A stretch of 64,000 nt of DNA from NCBI GenBank assembly GCA_963555825.3, contig CAUVXB020000001.1, positions 62,610-126,609 on the forward strand, read 5' to 3'. The position numbers and the translations under genes are program-made. Of the stretch, positions 54,490 to 62,733 are shown in pieces. The notes under the pieces were generated by a model. The model was not told the origin of the DNA, searched no databases, and worked only from the letters and a program-made list of their open reading frames with translations. How positions within the stretch are numbered: the stretch's first letter is position 1; every line of letters starts with the position of its first letter. Source of the stretch: Alphaproteobacteria bacterium (GTDB lineage: Bacteria; Pseudomonadota; Alphaproteobacteria; JAAXGF01).

Positions 54490-54939
54490 CTATTGTTTGG
54501 ACTCGAGGGCAAAATCCAGCCCGCGCGTCTTGCCCCACCACACTTTACCCAAATACAGCCCGGGCTCGACTTCTCTGATCTCGTCTCGAACCTTCTTGGC
54601 AAAGAACGAGGTCGTGGAGTAATCGATGACGATGGTGTCTTTGCCGTCCATCCAGCTCGCATCCCGATAGACCTTGGCCACGATGAAGGTGAGGCTGAAA
54701 TAGGTGATCTTGTTGACGAGCACACCTGCGTCGGCGTCCGGCGCGAAAATGTCGAACACCTTACCTTGCCAAGCCAACAACCTCGTCAATGCGGCCACGC
54801 TCTTCGAGAACAAGGAGCCGGCCAGAATCGCCGTGCCTCGAGTATCGCCGTTGGGTAGCTCGCCGGCGGACGCATTCTTGTAGATATCGTCGAGCTCCTC
54901 TCGGGACATCTGCAGCCATTTCTTGATCCGGTCGTCCAT
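54490..54939 (-). CDS. Small hypothetical protein (weak resemblance to GXWXG/DUF4334-type proteins), third gene of the haem operon
   Basis: ATG follows GGGAGG, with a 41-bp gap to the upstream gene. LAWQGKVF and VYRDASWMDGKDTIVIDY...LYLGKVWW. No signal peptide. Confidence 0.5.
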   Translation of the reverse strand: MDDRIKKWLQMSREELDDIYKNASAGELPNGDTRGTAILAGSLFSKSVAALTRLLAWQGKVFDIFAPDADAGVLVNKITYFSLTFIVAKVYRDASWMDGKDTIVIDYSTTSFFAKKVRDEIREVEPGLYLGKVWWGKTRGLDFALESKQ

Positions 54940-54980
54940 TGCAAAACCTCCCTATTTCTCGAGTTAGGCTATGTCCTTGA

Positions 54981-56066
54981 TTACAGTTGGGAGTTCTGTT
55001 GCGCGCGAAACTCCGCTATCTCGTCGTACAACTCCTTGCGAACACGATTCATCCCACCAAGCGGTTTGTGAGCGCTGAGTGCGTTCCATGGATTGAAGCT
55101 CATTGCCTCGCACTCGGCCATCGAGTTTGCGCCTTGAAATTCCTGATCCTCCACGACGATCGTTGCTACCGTGGTAAATGGCGAAATGTCCTCGTCCCAG
55201 ATCACCGATGCGTCCTCGATCGGCATGACTTCGGCATCGCTTTGAAACTGCACCATGAACGCGAAGCAAGCCGGTGCCCGTTGCAGATGGTTGGCCATGG
55301 CGCTGCTCAAATGACCCGCATCGGGCTCATCGGGTTGGTCGGTGGTTACGGTCGAGCACGACCTGAGCGAGTACTTCACTGCAGAGGTCGAATCGTCGCC
55401 GTATCGGTAGGGTGTGGTGCTCCAATACCGAATATCGAAAGGGCTCGCCGGCGTGTCTCGTGCTTTGAACAGGATCCACAGAGACTTGGGGTGACTGAGA
55501 AAATACAGCCACCGCCGGTCGTCCGCGGTTGCCTCGATGAAGCTCAGAAAGTCCTCCGGCGTGGCGGCGAACAAAGCCGGATAGCTGTTGAACAGAAAGT
55601 CCTGAGCCAGGGTCTCGCCGCCAGTGAGATCCGCATCGGTGATTTCGGGGATCTTCACCGAGAGTCCGCGAAGATCCTTCTCGCGATCGTCCTCCGTGCT
55701 GGCATTAGCAATTCGCAGGATGGCGGGATAGGTGGCAGGTTTCGAAAACAAGCCACGAGCGAGCTTCTCCGGCAGGGCGTCGGCCACCGTGAATGCCGCG
55801 TCGAAGCACCCCAGGCTTTTCGCTTGGTTGAAACGCTTTACGAGACCGTCGTTTTTCAGCCGCTCGAGACTCACCTCCTTGATCAGCCGGATCATCTCGC
55901 GAGTCACTTCCGCCTCGTCCGGCTGTACGTACTCTTCTCCCAGACCCAGGTCGGGGCTGTCGCCGCAGCTCGCCACAAACAGCGTCAGTGCCAGCGCAAA
56001 CGTTGAGCGCTGCAATCGGTGCAATAGTGTTGCGGGTGCAGCGCTGTATCGCTTCCGTGACGTCAT
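54981..56066 (-). CDS. Catalase-fold (catalase-related) haem lipoprotein
   Basis: I place the start at ATG 56066, so the gene does not overlap the upstream one. Lipobox LFVASC. RFNQAKSLGCF aligns to the catalase RVVHAKGAGAF. The proximal-ligand motif is NRVRKELYDEI (Tyr codon 55026-55028). Confidence 0.7.
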   Translation of the reverse strand: MTSRKRYSAAPATLLHRLQRSTFALALTLFVASCGDSPDLGLGEEYVQPDEAEVTREMIRLIKEVSLERLKNDGLVKRFNQAKSLGCFDAAFTVADALPEKLARGLFSKPATYPAILRIANASTEDDREKDLRGLSVKIPEITDADLTGGETLAQDFLFNSYPALFAATPEDFLSFIEATADDRRWLYFLSHPKSLWILFKARDTPASPFDIRYWSTTPYRYGDDSTSAVKYSLRSCSTVTTDQPDEPDAGHLSSAMANHLQRAPACFAFMVQFQSDAEVMPIEDASVIWDEDISPFTTVATIVVEDQEFQGANSMAECEAMSFNPWNALSAHKPLGGMNRVRKELYDEIAEFRAQQNSQL

Positions 56067-56115
56067 TTTGTCTAGGTGGGTCACCGGGCTCACTGCTGTA
56101 TGGCTTGATCCGTCC

Positions 56116-58977
56116 TCATTGCACGTCCGCGAATGCGGGATCGGCCTCCGCGCCCTTGCGGGCGACCCACTGGAGCGAGTAATACTCACTGCGGTCACGT
56201 GCCCAGGGATCGAAGACGTTGATGACGGTCTCGAGCTCGTCCTCCAGCTCCGGGATGACGCGGAGCAGGATCCGTTTCAGGGGTGACACCTCCTGCTCGT
56301 GGCCGTTCGGTTCACCGTTCTCCATGACCGTGCCGTCGGGGCCGTTGTCGTTCACCCAGGCGAGGCCAAACGTGGAGTAGAACTCCGGCCGGAAGCTCGA
56401 GGTGTAAAAGCGGTCGCTGAACAATCGACGCGACGCGTTCAAGATGAATACCTGGAACTGGGTTTCCGAAATCGCATAGCCGTGGGGCCGCGTCGTTTCG
56501 GCGAGCCAACCGACCACCGTGTCCAGGTCCTCGATGTTGTCGACCTCGCTACCGTCCCGGTGCCCCAGGCAGTCGTTGATCGGCTCACCGTCGTCGTCGA
56601 CCTGCGCCGCCGTGATGATGACCTTAGCGTTGCACTTGTGGGTGCCGTAGACCTCGCGCAGCAGCTTCACGAGATTCCTTTGATCGGCAAGCTCATTTTT
56701 CTCGGCGTCCGTGAGCGAACCTTCGCGCTTCCGCAGGCGCTCGTCGATGAAGTCGTCGAAGCTGGTCAGCGACTTCAGCCCGTATTGCCGGCGGAACTCG
56801 TTGAAGCGGGGAACGCCGCGTTCACGGTCCCGGAGGATGTCGAGCGCCACCACGTCCAGCTTCTCCGTGCCAATGCCTTTCAGGCGCTTCGGCATCTTCA
56901 GATTCTGCAGAAACTGCGGGTGATTCTGCAGCGCCAGCTGCCCCAGCCGCTGGCGCCCGAGACTGAGCCCCCAGTTGGCCATGCCGCCAGCGTGCATCGC
57001 TTCCGTCGCGTCGCCGCGGAACGTTTTGACGACGGGATCCTTGCGCGTGATGACGTTAGGATCGTTGCCCAAATCCCGGTACTCGATCAGATCGGGCAGC
57101 AGGGCGTGCAAGCGGTAGACGGTGATGAACTCCTCGGGGAAGTTGAACGGCGAGCCGAAGTGGTTCACGCCGCCGTTCACGTCGTCCGGAACCGTCAGGT
57201 CCCAGCCTTTCTTGGTGCTGCCCGTGCCGATGATTCCCGGCCCGGAGGCAAACACTGAGTACCATGAAGTCGCCTTGGACCCCTTTTCGGACATGCCGAG
57301 TTTGTCGACGACTCTGGCGAGCGCCTTCTCGATCAGTGGATGACCCTTGACCAAGCCGTACCAGTTGGAATTCATGGCGGCATAGAGCGGTTCGTCGTAC
57401 AGCAGCTGCGGGGTCCATTCGATGGTGTGAATCTTGGCGATTTCCGCCGCCACGACGAGCCGCGCGATCTCGAACAGCTCGTCGGCGCTCACTTCCTTAT
57501 ATCTGATGACCTTGTCGGCGTTGTCCGGATCGCGGAGCCCGGAATCGTCGTTTGGCGTCTGCGCCGCCTGGCTCCGGAACGCGTCGACGAAGGCGTTGTG
57601 CTCGCGGACGAACAGGTTGTGAAAGAAGCTCAATCCAATCGTCCAGTTGTCCGGAAACGCGGTGGCTTCCTGGCCGACCCACTCGGGATTGATGTAACAA
57701 TCGGCGGGATCACCTTGACAGCTTTCGAACGTCGGAAGGTAACCGAACCTGTCCCCTCCGTTGGTCCGTCCGTCGACCGGCACCATCAAAAGCTTGGCGG
57801 GGTCCCCCGGATCCCGCCTGACGCGGCGGCGGGACCGTTCGTCATAGCCGTAGATCTGCGACGCGTCCCACCACGCCGTGACATAGTTTCGCGTGGTCTT
57901 GTGCGCCCGGGAAAGATACGTCTTGCCATTGTGCTCGAAGGTCTCCGGTTCGGTTTCATCGGCGAAGAGCGCCGGATCCATTCGATCGCCCGGGCGGCAT
58001 CCGAGATCCGCGGTGGGGCACCCAACTTTCATCGGCTCCTTGTCAGTATCATTGCGGCCCTCGCTCAGATGTGAGAACCAGTCATGGTTCATGAACTGGA
58101 TCCAGAAGGCGGCCAGCACGTTGAAGAAGGGCGCTTTCTTGTAATCGCAGTTGGCATCCGTGAAATTGCCCTTCAGCCCCATGCCCTCGTTGCACTTTTC
58201 GAGATTATCCTGCACCCGGGTGAACAGCTTGCGGCTGATCACCTGCGGGTCCGGCTTCAACAGGTCGATGCGGTCTCCGTGTCGATTCTTGGTCAACTCG
58301 TCGTAGCCTAGCCGCGGGAACGTCTCCTCGAACTGGACATTCCTGGCGAAGACCTGGCCGGTGGAGCCCATGGCCGGGTTCTTCATGTCATTGCAAATCC
58401 CGGTGAGGGTCCGATGGCGGATGAGCGGGCCTTCGCAGGTTTGCGCGCCGTCATCGTCGACGCCCAGGTCGGCGTATTCGGGATGATCCTTCGGCAGGCG
58501 CATCTCCGGCCACGTCTTCACCGTCTGCCCGTCGACACCGTCGCGTCCCGTGACGTAATCCTTGAACGTATAGTTGTCGAATAGATTAAACTTGATGAGC
58601 TCGATCCGCTCGTACTCGAGATCCATCAGCGCGCCATCGATGCCGAATCCGTCTTTCAGGAAGTGCCGTAAGAAGCCGGTGAAGGCCAACCACTCGCCCG
58701 ATTTCGAGTCGTCGTCGGCCGCGGCCCAGTAGTTTGCCCAATCGACCCACGGGGTGCTCCGGAACGCGACGGCCTTGTCGTCGCCCCGGCATCTCGCCGT
58801 GTCTTCCTGCACCTTACCCAGGAAGCGATGCTCTCTGGTTTTCGCGATGGGCCGGAATCCCCCCCACACCATGCTGGTACACGCGACATAATCATACCCG
58901 GCCACGTTCGAGATACCGACGTAAAGCCCCAGAGCCACCACGATCGCCAACACGGCCAACGATGCTTTCCTAACCAT
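56116..58977 (-). CDS. Animal-haem-peroxidase-superfamily protein of the alpha-dioxygenase/cyclooxygenase-like branch, membrane anchored
   Basis: N-terminal hydrophobic anchor. RTLTGICND, WIQFMNHDW (His codon 58084-86), DASQIYG, FHNLFVREHN, IHTIEWT, VYRLHALLPD (Tyr 57115-17, His 57106-08). Confidence 0.8.
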   Translation of the reverse strand: MVRKASLAVLAIVVALGLYVGISNVAGYDYVACTSMVWGGFRPIAKTREHRFLGKVQEDTARCRGDDKAVAFRSTPWVDWANYWAAADDDSKSGEWLAFTGFLRHFLKDGFGIDGALMDLEYERIELIKFNLFDNYTFKDYVTGRDGVDGQTVKTWPEMRLPKDHPEYADLGVDDDGAQTCEGPLIRHRTLTGICNDMKNPAMGSTGQVFARNVQFEETFPRLGYDELTKNRHGDRIDLLKPDPQVISRKLFTRVQDNLEKCNEGMGLKGNFTDANCDYKKAPFFNVLAAFWIQFMNHDWFSHLSEGRNDTDKEPMKVGCPTADLGCRPGDRMDPALFADETEPETFEHNGKTYLSRAHKTTRNYVTAWWDASQIYGYDERSRRRVRRDPGDPAKLLMVPVDGRTNGGDRFGYLPTFESCQGDPADCYINPEWVGQEATAFPDNWTIGLSFFHNLFVREHNAFVDAFRSQAAQTPNDDSGLRDPDNADKVIRYKEVSADELFEIARLVVAAEIAKIHTIEWTPQLLYDEPLYAAMNSNWYGLVKGHPLIEKALARVVDKLGMSEKGSKATSWYSVFASGPGIIGTGSTKKGWDLTVPDDVNGGVNHFGSPFNFPEEFITVYRLHALLPDLIEYRDLGNDPNVITRKDPVVKTFRGDATEAMHAGGMANWGLSLGRQRLGQLALQNHPQFLQNLKMPKRLKGIGTEKLDVVALDILRDRERGVPRFNEFRRQYGLKSLTSFDDFIDERLRKREGSLTDAEKNELADQRNLVKLLREVYGTHKCNAKVIITAAQVDDDGEPINDCLGHRDGSEVDNIEDLDTVVGWLAETTRPHGYAISETQFQVFILNASRRLFSDRFYTSSFRPEFYSTFGLAWVNDNGPDGTVMENGEPNGHEQEVSPLKRILLRVIPELEDELETVINVFDPWARDRSEYYSLQWVARKGAEADPAFADVQ

Positions 58978-59157
58978 CGGACGTCCCTTCCCGATTGTCT
59001 TTTGCAGCGGCTCTTTTCACCCTTGTCTGTATGGCCTGGTGACGCGACGGGCGACGGATACGCCGGATCGGCCCATCCAGTTGTGCGCGTGCGATCCCGA
59101 AAACCTACTTTATGCAATTTTAAAGAGAAGACATCAAATTTTTTTCATGTCTTATGA

Positions 59158-59335
59158 CTGACATTTCCCAGATAACCTCCAATTCCGTGGCAATCATACG
59201 AAGATTGCACCACCATTCGAGTTGTTTTTCCTCCGCAACCATCCGATCGCTTGATTTTGGTGGTTTGGCCGTATTCGGAAGCCCATTCGGCCAAATTGTT
59301 CGTCTCCCAGATACGCCTCTTCCGGCAAGGAGTAC
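59158..59335 (-). mobile_element. Orphan 3' end (about 175 bp) of a third IS1380-like element
   Basis: ctgacatttcccagataacctccaattccgtgg...ccatccgatcgcttgattttggtgg...ggaagcccattcgg aligns with 7930-8100 and with the reverse complement of 14420-14592. No transposase gene is attached. Confidence 0.7.
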
Positions 59336-59339
59336 CTGG

Positions 59340-59476
59340 AAGGGCAGGTTTTCACGACCGTCGCAACCGACGATGTCGAAGCCGTCCTTCCCGAAGGCGA
59401 AGCGGGCTTCGCCGCCGCAGACATGACAACGCGTCGGGGCGGGATGAACGCTCTCGTCGCCCGACGTTCGCGTCAT
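59340..59476 (-). pseudogene. Short 5' gene fragment (Cys-x2-Cys N-terminus), truncated at the IS1380 remnant
   Basis: MTRTSGDESVHPAPTRCHVCGGEARFAFGKDGFDIVGCDG... then runs into IS-derived sequence. Confidence 0.25.
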
Positions 59477-59520
59477 CCTCGGCGGCGTCGCCCGGCGGCC
59501 GGAGGGTCCGCAGGGACGCC

Positions 59521-61317
59521 CTACTCGGCGCGCACCTTGGCGTAGGTGCCGGGCGCGTCCTCGATCGGCGTCAGCTTGCCCTCGCCCGGCGTGCGCGCCG
59601 CGATCTTCTTGCCCGAGCGTTTGGCGTTCCAGCGCTTCCAGTCGGGCCACCACGAGCCGGGATGTTCGGTCGCGCCGGCCAGCCAGGCGTCGGGCGTTGT
59701 GGCGATCTCGTCGCTCGTCCAATGGCCGTATTTGTTGGCCGCCGGCGGATTGATCACGCCGGCGATATGGCCCGATGCGGCCAGTGTGAAGCGCACTGGC
59801 CCGCCGTAGAGCTGGGTCCCGGCATAGGTCGATTTCCACGGCGCGATATGGTCGTCGCGTGTCGACAGGAGATAGGCCGGTGTCGCGACCTTGCGCAGAT
59901 CGATTGGCACGCCGGCGAGCGAGATGCCGCCCGGCTTCGAGAGCAGGTTCTCTTGGTACATCTTGCGCAGATAGAAACTGTGCATCGCGGCCGGCATGCG
60001 CGTCGTGTCGGCGTTCCAGTACAACAGGTCGAAGGGGAAGGTATCCTTGCCCATCAAGTAGTTGTGGACCACGAACGACCAGATCAGGTCGTTCGAGCGC
60101 AGCATGTTGAAAGACGTCGCCATCGCCGAGCCGTCGAGAAAACCATCGCGGTCCATGCGTTCCTCGAGCGAGGCGATCTGTTCCTCGTCGATGAACACCT
60201 CGAGCTCGCCGACCTCGGCGAAGTCGACCAGGGTGACGAAGAAGGTCGCCGCCTTGATGCGGTCGTCACCGGTCTCGGCCATGTAGGCGAGCGTCGCGGC
60301 GAGCAGCGTGCCGCCCAGGCAATAGCCGATCGCCGTGACGTCGCGCTCGCCGGTCGCCTGCTCGATGGCGTCGAGCGCGGCGAGCGGGCCCTCGGCCATG
60401 TAGTCCTCGAACGTCTTGTGCGCGAGCTTTGCATCGGGGTTGACCCAGGAGACGACGAACACGGTGAAGCCCTGATCGGTCGCCCATTTGATGAACGAGT
60501 TCTTCGGCTGCAGATCGAGGATATAGAACTTGTTGATCCACGGCGGCATGATCAGGAGGGGCCGTTTGTAGACGGTCTTCGTGGTCGGCTCGTATTGCAA
60601 GAGCTGCATCAGCTCGGTCTGGAAAACGACCTTGCCCGGCGTCGCGGCGACGTTCCTGCCGAGCTCGAAGGCATCGAGGTCGGTCATGCTGATGCGCAGC
60701 TTGCCCTTGCCGCGCTCGAGATCGCCCAGCAGGTTGTTCAGGCCGCGCACGAGGTTTTCACCCTTGCTCTCGATGGTCGCCTTCAGCACCTCCGGATTGG
60801 TCATGACGAAGTTGCTTGGCGCCATCGCATCGACGAACTGGCGGGTGTAGAAATCGATTTTCTTGGCGGTCTTATCGTCGAGACCCGCGACGTCGTTGAC
60901 GGTCGACTGCATCCAGCGCGCGGTCAACAGATACGACTGCTTGATGAAATCGAAGACTTGATTCTCGCTCCAATCGTCGTGTTTGAAACGGCGGTCGCCG
61001 CGCTCCGGCGCGATGACGGGATCGCTCTCGCGACCCATCATGCGTTCCGCCGTGTGCTGCCACAGCGACATGTAGTCCTGCCACAGCGACATCTGCGCTT
61101 GCATCATCTTCGCCGGGTCGGCCATCATCTTGGCGGTCAAATCGAGAAACGCCTTGCCGATGTTGAGTGGGTCGGCCATGCCGAATTGACCGTCCGCGCC
61201 CTGCCGCTCGAGGAATTCGCTCAGTATGCGTTGGCTGCGCGCCGCGATCTCGGCCATGTCGCCCGAGGTGTCGGTGGCGCCGTCCGCGGGCGGCTCGTGC
61301 GGCTGCTGATCGGCCAT
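59521..61317 (-). CDS. phaC: Class I poly(3-hydroxyalkanoate) synthase
   Basis: RRFKHDDW, PLLIMPPWINKFYILDL, lipase box GYCLGG, and DDHIAPW. ATG at 61317. Confidence 0.9.
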   Translation of the reverse strand: MADQQPHEPPADGATDTSGDMAEIAARSQRILSEFLERQGADGQFGMADPLNIGKAFLDLTAKMMADPAKMMQAQMSLWQDYMSLWQHTAERMMGRESDPVIAPERGDRRFKHDDWSENQVFDFIKQSYLLTARWMQSTVNDVAGLDDKTAKKIDFYTRQFVDAMAPSNFVMTNPEVLKATIESKGENLVRGLNNLLGDLERGKGKLRISMTDLDAFELGRNVAATPGKVVFQTELMQLLQYEPTTKTVYKRPLLIMPPWINKFYILDLQPKNSFIKWATDQGFTVFVVSWVNPDAKLAHKTFEDYMAEGPLAALDAIEQATGERDVTAIGYCLGGTLLAATLAYMAETGDDRIKAATFFVTLVDFAEVGELEVFIDEEQIASLEERMDRDGFLDGSAMATSFNMLRSNDLIWSFVVHNYLMGKDTFPFDLLYWNADTTRMPAAMHSFYLRKMYQENLLSKPGGISLAGVPIDLRKVATPAYLLSTRDDHIAPWKSTYAGTQLYGGPVRFTLAASGHIAGVINPPAANKYGHWTSDEIATTPDAWLAGATEHPGSWWPDWKRWNAKRSGKKIAARTPGEGKLTPIEDAPGTYAKVRAE

Positions 61318-61502
61318 AAATTCCCCTCTTGGGCTAGGCGGTGGTCCGGTACGCCGCCGGGCGGCGCCTCGGTTCTTTATGCGGGGCGGTAAATCAGGTA
61401 ATGTTCGCCGACGCAAGGGATAATATGATAATAGAGCCCGAGCTTTCCAAGGCGCGGCACGCATTGGATGGTTTCACGATATACTGGGAGCGACGAGTCA
61501 TT

Positions 61503-62732
61503 ATGCAAGGGCCCGGCAACAACACCTTAGACCGCGACGGCGGCACCGCGGTTTGGCGCGCGATTCTGATCGGCGCCGGCGCGCTCGCGCTCGCGGGCTG
61601 CACCTCGGTACCCGATTATGCCAACCCGGTAGAATGGTACCACGGCGTCGTCGATACTTTCGACGATGAGGCCGCGACCGATGTCGCCGCGCCGCAGCCG
61701 GTGCCTGGCGCGGACGAGCCCTATCCCAACCTGTCCGAGGTACCCGTTGCGCCGCCGCGCGAAATGTCGGTCGCCGAGATGGATACCGTCGCCGAGGGCC
61801 TGATCGCCGATCGCGAGAATGCGCGCTATACGGACGAGGAAATCCGCCGACAGGGCGACGAGACGACGACGCTCGCCGCGCCCGAGGTAACGGCGCCGGT
61901 CGTCATGGCTGAAGCGGTGCCTCCGGCCGCGACCGTCATCATGGAGCCGGCGCCCGGGGAACGCGCTCAGGTGCCCGAGGCGCCGCCGATGCCGCCGGCC
62001 CAAACTTCGGCCGATGCCTGGCCGCAGGCGGCGCTGCAGCCGGCCGCCGGCATCGAGCAGCCGGCCATGCCGAGCCCGACCTACCAAAATACCGCAGCGG
62101 CAATCCCGGCCTACAGTCCGACGCCTGTCGCAGTCCCGTCGCCCGTTTATACGCCGGCGTCCGCGCCGGTCTATCAGCCGACGGCGCCGGCCGACGTCAA
62201 GCGGTCGTTTAGCAATTACTTCTCGGCGTCGGGGCCGGCGGCCGTTGCGCCGCCGCCCAGCCAGAGCCAAATCGCCATGGCCGGCGCCGGCTCGGTGCCG
62301 CTGGGCACGCCGATTGCCGGCGGCATCACCCCGGCGCAAAGCATCACCGACTACAGTTCGCTGCGCGCCGGCGCCTCGGTCCGCGCCGCCGTGGTCATCT
62401 TCCGCTCCGGTTCGGCCAAGCTATCGGGCGAGGGGCGCAAGGCGTTGCGCGAAGTCGCCAGGCTCTACAAGGAGGGCGGCGGCCGCAGCGTCCGTGTCAT
62501 CGGCCATGCCTCGAACCGGACGCGCGAGATGTCGGCCGAGAAGCATGCGCTGGTCAATTTCGACGTTTCGTTGAGGCGCGCACACACCGTTGCCGATGAG
62601 TTGATCCGCTTGGGCGTGCCGGCCCAAATCTTGTATATCGGCGCGGTCTCGGACACCGAGCCTGTGTACTTCGAATGGATGCCATCCGGCGAGGCGGGCA
62701 ATCGCCGGGCCGAAGTCTTCATCGAATTCTAG
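61503..62732 (+). CDS. OmpA-family lipoprotein with a Pro/Ala-rich linker
   Basis: Lipobox LALAGC. C-terminal OmpA-like domain (FRSGSAKLSGEGRKAL...VIGHAS...SLRRAHTVADEL...NRRAEVFI). Confidence 0.8.
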   Translation: MQGPGNNTLDRDGGTAVWRAILIGAGALALAGCTSVPDYANPVEWYHGVVDTFDDEAATDVAAPQPVPGADEPYPNLSEVPVAPPREMSVAEMDTVAEGLIADRENARYTDEEIRRQGDETTTLAAPEVTAPVVMAEAVPPAATVIMEPAPGERAQVPEAPPMPPAQTSADAWPQAALQPAAGIEQPAMPSPTYQNTAAAIPAYSPTPVAVPSPVYTPASAPVYQPTAPADVKRSFSNYFSASGPAAVAPPPSQSQIAMAGAGSVPLGTPIAGGITPAQSITDYSSLRAGASVRAAVVIFRSGSAKLSGEGRKALREVARLYKEGGGRSVRVIGHASNRTREMSAEKHALVNFDVSLRRAHTVADELIRLGVPAQILYIGAVSDTEPVYFEWMPSGEAGNRRAEVFIEF

Positions 62733-62733
62733 G

